64,000 nucleotides of DNA from Pseudomonadota bacterium (GTDB lineage: Bacteria; Pseudomonadota; Gammaproteobacteria; Pseudomonadales; Azotimanducaceae). The stretch's first letter is position 1. Every line of letters begins with the position of its first letter. The stretch is from positions 1,301,978 through 1,365,977 of the forward strand of contig CP170502.1 of the NCBI GenBank assembly GCA_047947185.1, written 5' to 3'. This document shows positions 58,990-64,000 of this stretch, piece by piece. The notes under the pieces were generated by a model. That model was not told the DNA's origin, made no database searches, and saw only the letters and a list, made by a program, of their open reading frames with translations. The position numbers and the translations under genes are program-made.

Positions 58990-61900
58990 TTGGCTCTTTC
59001 ACCCGGCGAATACAAAATACCTGAACTACCGGGAGAACGACGCCGCTGGAGCAATTTGCCCGGCGCGGCCCCGGCGCTGGTACTCGCTGACGCCATCGAC
59101 AGATCACAACGTTTTGTGCTGGTCGTGGCAGAAGATTCCCGTTCCGCAGAACAGCTCACCAGTGAACTCACTTTTTTCCTTCGGGAAGACATACCGGTAC
59201 AACATTTTCCGGACTGGGAAACCCTGGTTTACGACAGTTTTTCGCCGCACCAGGACATCATTTCCGAGCGCCTGGCCATTCTCAACCAGCTTCCCACGCT
59301 GAAGCGGGGTGTCCTCGTTGTGCCTGCCGCAACGCTCCTGCATCGTGTCGCCCCCAGGTCATTTGCGCTCGGCAGCAGCCTGATGCTGGACGCAGGCCAG
59401 CGGTTTGACATCAAGGCCATGCGCAAACAGCTGGAAGCCTCCGCCTACCGCTGTGTTGAAACAGTGTTTGAACACGGCGAGTTTGCCGTCCGGGGCGCGA
59501 TCATGGACATCTTCCCCATGGGCAGCCATGTACCCTACCGCCTTGACCTGTTTGATGACGAAATAGAATCCATCCGGACCTTTGACCCGGAGACCCAGAT
59601 GTCGGTCAGCAAGGTGGACCAGGTCCGACTCCTGCCGGCGCGCGAGTTCCCGCTCAATGATGCCGCTATCAACGGCTTCAAGGACCGCTGGCATCTGCAG
59701 TTCGCCGGTGATCCGCGCAAATGCCCGGTGTACCAGGATGTATCCCAGGGGCTGTCGCCGGCCGGCGTTGAGTATTACCAGCCGCTGTTTTTTGACGCCA
59801 TGGAAACACTGTTTGATTACCTGCCGGAGACAACCCTGGTGGCCATGGGATCGGTGGATGACACCCTGCGTCGATTCAGGGATGACGCCGAAGTCCGGTA
59901 CGAGAACCTGCGGCACGACGTCCAGCGGCCCCTGTTGCCACCTGCACAGCTGTTGCTCTCGCCGGATGAGTTTTTTGCCGCCTGTAACCAGCGTGCACGC
60001 ATCGACCTGCGGGTTGAGCCACAGACCGGATCTGACCAGCTCAGGTTTGCCCCGCTCCCGGACATCACGATTACCGAGCGTGCGCAGGACCCCCTCAACA
60101 AACTGGCAGATCTGGTTACCAGCAGCGATGTGCGCATCCTGCTTGTCGTAGAGTCCAACGGCCGACGTGAGGTTGTTGACGACCTGCTGCGCAAGCACGG
60201 CCTTGAGGCCACAATCACGGACGACTGGCACACTTTTGCCAACAGCAGCGATACGCTGGCGCTGGCCGTGGCCCCGCTGGAACGTGGCGTCTATCTCGAG
60301 GAACACCAGCTTGTGCTGGTGACGGAGCAGCAACTGTTTGGCCAGCAGGTTCTGCAGCAGCGCCGCCGCGATCGTCAGAAAGACACCGCGGCTGAACTGG
60401 TTATCAAGAGCCTGACGGAACTCCGGCCGGGTTCACCCGTGGTTCATATCGATCACGGTGTAGGCCGCTACCTGGGGCTTGAGACGCTGGGTGTGGATGG
60501 AGAGCAGTATGAGTTCCTGTGCCTTGGGTACCAGGATGACGCCAAACTCTACGTGCCGGTCGCCTCGCTTCACCTCATATCACGCTATGGTGGATCGGAT
60601 GAATCCCTGGCACCGCTGCATCGACTGGGCGGCGACACCTGGGAGAAAGCCAAGCGCAAGGCCGCTGAACAGGTTCACGATGTCGCGGCTGAACTGCTCA
60701 ACATTTACGCCCGGCGGGAAGCCAAAACCGGCTTTGCCTACCCGCCACCGGATGACAACTACGAAAAGTTTGCCGCGGCATTTCCGTTTGAGGAAACACC
60801 GGATCAGCAAACCGCCATCGAACGTGTGATCAGCGACATGATGCTGCCAAAACCCATGGATCACCTGATCTGCGGCGATGTTGGGTTCGGCAAGACCGAG
60901 GTGGCCATGCGGGCGGCGTTCCTGGCGATACAGGCTGGCAAGCAGGTTGCTGTGCTGGTCCCGACCACCCTGCTGGCAGGCCAGCACACGGAGACATTCA
61001 GGGACCGCTTTGCCGACTGGCCTGTCACCATTGAGTCCATCTCCCGCTTCAAGACCAAAAAAGAACAGGCGGAGGTGCTCACCCGGGTGAAGCTTGGCCA
61101 GGTTGACATTGTGATCGGTACCCACGCCCTGATCCAGGATGGCATCAGCTTCAAGGACCTTGGCTTGCTCATTATCGACGAGGAACACCGCTTTGGTGTG
61201 CGCCAGAAAGAGAAACTGAAGTCCCTGCGCGCCCAGGTGGATATCCTGACACTGACCGCAACACCCATTCCGCGAACGCTGAATATGGCCATGTCAGGCA
61301 TGCGTGACCTCACCGTCATTGCCACACCACCCGCCCGGCGCCTTTCCATCAAGACGTTTGTCCGGCAGCGCAACGACGGGCTTGTCAAAGAGGCGATACA
61401 GCGCGAACTGATGCGTGGTGGCCAGGTCTACTACCTCCACAATGAGGTCAAGACCATTGGCAACACGGCCCAAAAGATTGCAGAACTGGTGCCCGAGGCA
61501 CGCGTTACCATTGGCCACGGCCAGATGCGCGAGCGGGAACTTGAACAGGTCATGTCTGACTTCTATCACAAGCGGGCCAACGTGCTGGTCTGTACGACCA
61601 TTATCGAAACAGGCATCGACATACCCAACGCCAACACGATTATCATGGACCGGGCTGACAAGTTTGGGCTGGCGCAAATCCACCAGCTGCGCGGGCGGGT
61701 TGGCCGGTCGCATCACCAGGCTTATGCCTACCTGCTGACTCCACATCGCAAGGCAATGACCAGTGACGCCGTCAAGCGCCTTGATGCCATTTCTGAAGCG
61801 GAGGACCTGGGTTCAGGGTTTATCCTCGCCACCCATGACCTTGAGATTCGCGGCGCCGGCGAATTGCTGGGTGACGAGCAGACCGGCAACCTGCAAACCG

Positions 61901-62448
61901 TTGGCTTTACGCTCTTCATGGAGATGCTCGACCGGGCTGTCAAGGCCATCAGGGAGGGTAAGACTCCCAACCTGGATCGACCGCTGAAGGAAGGGACGGA
62001 AATCAACCTGCGGCTGCCCGCACTGATTCCCGCAGACTACCTGCCCGATGTCCACAACCGCCTTGTGCTCTACAAGAGAATTTCCAATGCGCGGGACGAG
62101 GAGCAGTTACGGGAACTCCAGGTTGAAATGATCGACCGCTTTGGGCTTTTGCCGGAGCCGGTCAAGACCCTGTTTCGTATCACCGCCTTAAAACTCCGGG
62201 CCGAAAAACTCGGCATCAAGAAAGTGGATGCAGGCCAGATGGGCGGTAAACTGGAGTTTGACCAGGACACACCAGTTGATCCCGGCAGCATTGTTGACCT
62301 GGTGCAGTCAGAACCACACCGGTATCGGTTGACGGCAGCCAACCAGCTTTCGTTTGAGGAAAACATGGAGAAACCCGATATCCGCTTCAAGCGAATTGAG
62401 CGCCTGTTTGAACGGCTGGAAAGGAGGCATGCAGCACTTGCGAGCTAA
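58990..62448 (+). CDS. mfd: Transcription-repair coupling factor
   Basis: 1152 aa with helicase motifs (GDVGFGKTEVA, DEEHRFGV, TATPIPRT, QLRGRVGRS) and a TRCF C-terminal domain. A TTG start at 58990 is assumed. Confidence 0.97.
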   Translation: MALSPGEYKIPELPGERRRWSNLPGAAPALVLADAIDRSQRFVLVVAEDSRSAEQLTSELTFFLREDIPVQHFPDWETLVYDSFSPHQDIISERLAILNQLPTLKRGVLVVPAATLLHRVAPRSFALGSSLMLDAGQRFDIKAMRKQLEASAYRCVETVFEHGEFAVRGAIMDIFPMGSHVPYRLDLFDDEIESIRTFDPETQMSVSKVDQVRLLPAREFPLNDAAINGFKDRWHLQFAGDPRKCPVYQDVSQGLSPAGVEYYQPLFFDAMETLFDYLPETTLVAMGSVDDTLRRFRDDAEVRYENLRHDVQRPLLPPAQLLLSPDEFFAACNQRARIDLRVEPQTGSDQLRFAPLPDITITERAQDPLNKLADLVTSSDVRILLVVESNGRREVVDDLLRKHGLEATITDDWHTFANSSDTLALAVAPLERGVYLEEHQLVLVTEQQLFGQQVLQQRRRDRQKDTAAELVIKSLTELRPGSPVVHIDHGVGRYLGLETLGVDGEQYEFLCLGYQDDAKLYVPVASLHLISRYGGSDESLAPLHRLGGDTWEKAKRKAAEQVHDVAAELLNIYARREAKTGFAYPPPDDNYEKFAAAFPFEETPDQQTAIERVISDMMLPKPMDHLICGDVGFGKTEVAMRAAFLAIQAGKQVAVLVPTTLLAGQHTETFRDRFADWPVTIESISRFKTKKEQAEVLTRVKLGQVDIVIGTHALIQDGISFKDLGLLIIDEEHRFGVRQKEKLKSLRAQVDILTLTATPIPRTLNMAMSGMRDLTVIATPPARRLSIKTFVRQRNDGLVKEAIQRELMRGGQVYYLHNEVKTIGNTAQKIAELVPEARVTIGHGQMRERELEQVMSDFYHKRANVLVCTTIIETGIDIPNANTIIMDRADKFGLAQIHQLRGRVGRSHHQAYAYLLTPHRKAMTSDAVKRLDAISEAEDLGSGFILATHDLEIRGAGELLGDEQTGNLQTVGFTLFMEMLDRAVKAIREGKTPNLDRPLKEGTEINLRLPALIPADYLPDVHNRLVLYKRISNARDEEQLRELQVEMIDRFGLLPEPVKTLFRITALKLRAEKLGIKKVDAGQMGGKLEFDQDTPVDPGSIVDLVQSEPHRYRLTAANQLSFEENMEKPDIRFKRIERLFERLERRHAALAS

Positions 62449-63421
62449 CACATTGTTGAATGAACAGACGTTGCCTGGAAAGAGGCTCATCCGGCGCCGT
62501 CACGGGGGCTGGCTTGTCCTGCTGGCGAGTCTGGCGGCTACCCTGCCCCTGCAGGCTGAAGACAGTCGGGACTACAGCAACTGGTACCAGATCGAAGTCA
62601 TCATTTTTGCGCAACGAAGCCCAACGCCCGGGGATGAGGTCTGGCCACTGCGCGAACTGCACTATCCGGCCAACATGCTGAAGGTGAGGGACGAAGAACC
62701 GAAACCCTTTCTGCTCGACCAGTTGCGGGAACTGGACCGCTACGCCGCCCTGATGCGCGGAGAAACCGGCGCCAGCGGCGACGCAAGCCCTGATCTTTAC
62801 CTGTTCGAGAACCGCAGCCGGACCCGGCGCAATCCGCTGCGGGAACAGTTCACCAGGGACAACCGGAGCGCACCCATCGAACTGTCACCGGAAGTTGACC
62901 TGAAGGACATCCTGTTTTCCGGCGCGCCCGAGCCTTTTCAGTTGTTGCCAGACAGCGCGTTTACCCTGTCCCGGGTTGCAGGCAGCATCAACCGCAGTTC
63001 CCGCTATCGGCTGCTGCTCCACCAGTCCTGGCGCCAGCCGCTGGTTGAAGGTGAAGAGCCCGTGCCCGTGCTTTTTCAGGGCGGTAGCCGGTACGCTGAC
63101 TGGTACGAACTGGATGGGACGCTCAGCTTCAGACGGTCACGGTTTCTGCATGTGGACGCCAACCTCTGGTTTACCCGGTTTGCCGAAATGCAGGACCAGG
63201 TGACACCCTCCCTGCCCGCTGACATTGATGCCGAGACACTCAGACGTTACCCGGACCTGCTCAAGGCGGCACAGTCCAGTGATGCCTGGATTCCGGTTCA
63301 CACCCACGAGCTGACAACATCAAGAAGGATGCGCAGCAGCACCCTGCATTATCTCGACCACCCCTACTTTGGTGTTGTTGTCCAGATTGACCCCTTCAAC
63401 CCGGCGCCCCAGGCACCGTAG
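62429..63421 (+). CDS. CsiV-like periplasmic peptidoglycan-binding family protein
   Basis: The ATG at 62429 sits directly after AAGGAGG. A signal peptide is followed by YQIEVIIFAQR, typical of the CsiV family. The position downstream of mfd matches Pseudomonas. Confidence 0.6.
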   Translation: MQHLRANTLLNEQTLPGKRLIRRRHGGWLVLLASLAATLPLQAEDSRDYSNWYQIEVIIFAQRSPTPGDEVWPLRELHYPANMLKVRDEEPKPFLLDQLRELDRYAALMRGETGASGDASPDLYLFENRSRTRRNPLREQFTRDNRSAPIELSPEVDLKDILFSGAPEPFQLLPDSAFTLSRVAGSINRSSRYRLLLHQSWRQPLVEGEEPVPVLFQGGSRYADWYELDGTLSFRRSRFLHVDANLWFTRFAEMQDQVTPSLPADIDAETLRRYPDLLKAAQSSDAWIPVHTHELTTSRRMRSSTLHYLDHPYFGVVVQIDPFNPAPQAP

Positions 63422-63430
63422 CGTGATCTG

Positions 63431-64000
63431 TCAGCGGCTGGCGAGCCAGGCCCGGATCAGGTCCCTCACCCAGCCCATACCCTGTGACATGGCAGCGTCG
63501 ATACCATCCAGGTCCACCGCCTTGCCATGAATGCCGGCGCCGGCATTAACCACCACGGCAAGACAGGCGTAGGGCAATGCAGCTTCGCGAGCCAGGGCCG
63601 CCTCGGGCATGCCGGTCATACCCACAATATGGCATCCGTCCCTGGCCAGCCGCGCAATCTCCGCGGCAGTTTCCAGCCGTGGGCCCTGGGTACAGCCATA
63701 GGTACCGGTTGTTCGCAAGACAGGCCCGGACAGCGAGTCTGCTACGGCCAGCAGTGATGCCCGCAATGGGTTGTCATAGGGAAACGTAAAGTCTATGTGA
63801 CCAATCCGATCGTCAAAAAACGTGTGGGCACGACCCCAGGAGTAGTCGATGACCTGGTCTGGCAGGACCAGGGTTGGCACTGCCAGCGTGGGATCAACAC
63901 TGCCAACAGCGTTGACAGCAATAATGTTGTCGGCCCCGGCGTCGGCTAGCGCCTGGATATTGGCGCGATAGTTGATGCGGTGTGGCGGCACCCTGGCCGG
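63431..64000 (-). CDS. S-methyl-5'-thioinosine/-thioadenosine phosphorylase (PNP family), 5'-truncated at window edge
   Basis: PPHRINYRANI..L...G...I...NAVGS and GPR.ET.AE motifs of MTAP/MTIP. The frame is open to nt 64000. Confidence 0.88.
   Translation of the reverse strand, partial: PARVPPHRINYRANIQALADAGADNIIAVNAVGSVDPTLAVPTLVLPDQVIDYSWGRAHTFFDDRIGHIDFTFPYDNPLRASLLAVADSLSGPVLRTTGTYGCTQGPRLETAAEIARLARDGCHIVGMTGMPEAALAREAALPYACLAVVVNAGAGIHGKAVDLDGIDAAMSQGMGWVRDLIRAWLASR

Overview
This 64-kb window is chromosomal DNA from a moderately GC-rich gammaproteobacterium. The block nqrABCDEF - long-form gap - mfd - csiV-like - methylthio-nucleoside phosphorylase is ordered as in Pseudomonas, and the remaining gene content looks marine. 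I call about 55 CDS, 2 tRNAs (Glu-UUC, Gly-GCC) and 2 clear hairpin terminators. Most genes are housekeeping: frmA, sodB, msrB, tusA-ggct-epmC-xni, a quinohemoprotein PQQ alcohol dehydrogenase with a cytochrome c, ttcA, ybbA/ybbP/tesA, bolA, yaaA, the Na+-NQR operon and mfd. I saw no CRISPR array, IS element, integrase, prophage or recognisable defence gene.

Three regions stand out:
1. 15.5-25.5 kb: a four-gene envelope cluster. Three small secreted DUF11-type proteins, one with an interrupted reading frame, sit next to a ~2400-aa protein. That protein combines adhesin-like repeats, an internal OmpA-like peptidoglycan-binding domain and a very large C-terminal predicted beta-barrel. Three of the proteins share an 'orphan' N-terminal beta-hairpin motif. 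This is my best candidate for an undescribed assembly system.
2. 26.1-33.3 kb: an ArcA-like response regulator followed by a 2123-aa protein with the domain order Ser/Thr-kinase - P-loop NTPase - GAF - PAS - HisKA/HATPase - REC - Hpt. The conserved kinase lysine is replaced by Arg.
3. 40.2-47.3 kb: a signalling cluster in which two paralogous CHASE2 sensor domains feed a Hanks kinase (with PP2C and FHA partners) and a class III nucleotide cyclase, alongside a FecR-like periplasmic protein.

All family assignments come from motif recognition by eye. No database search or structure prediction was possible, and start codons are often uncertain.
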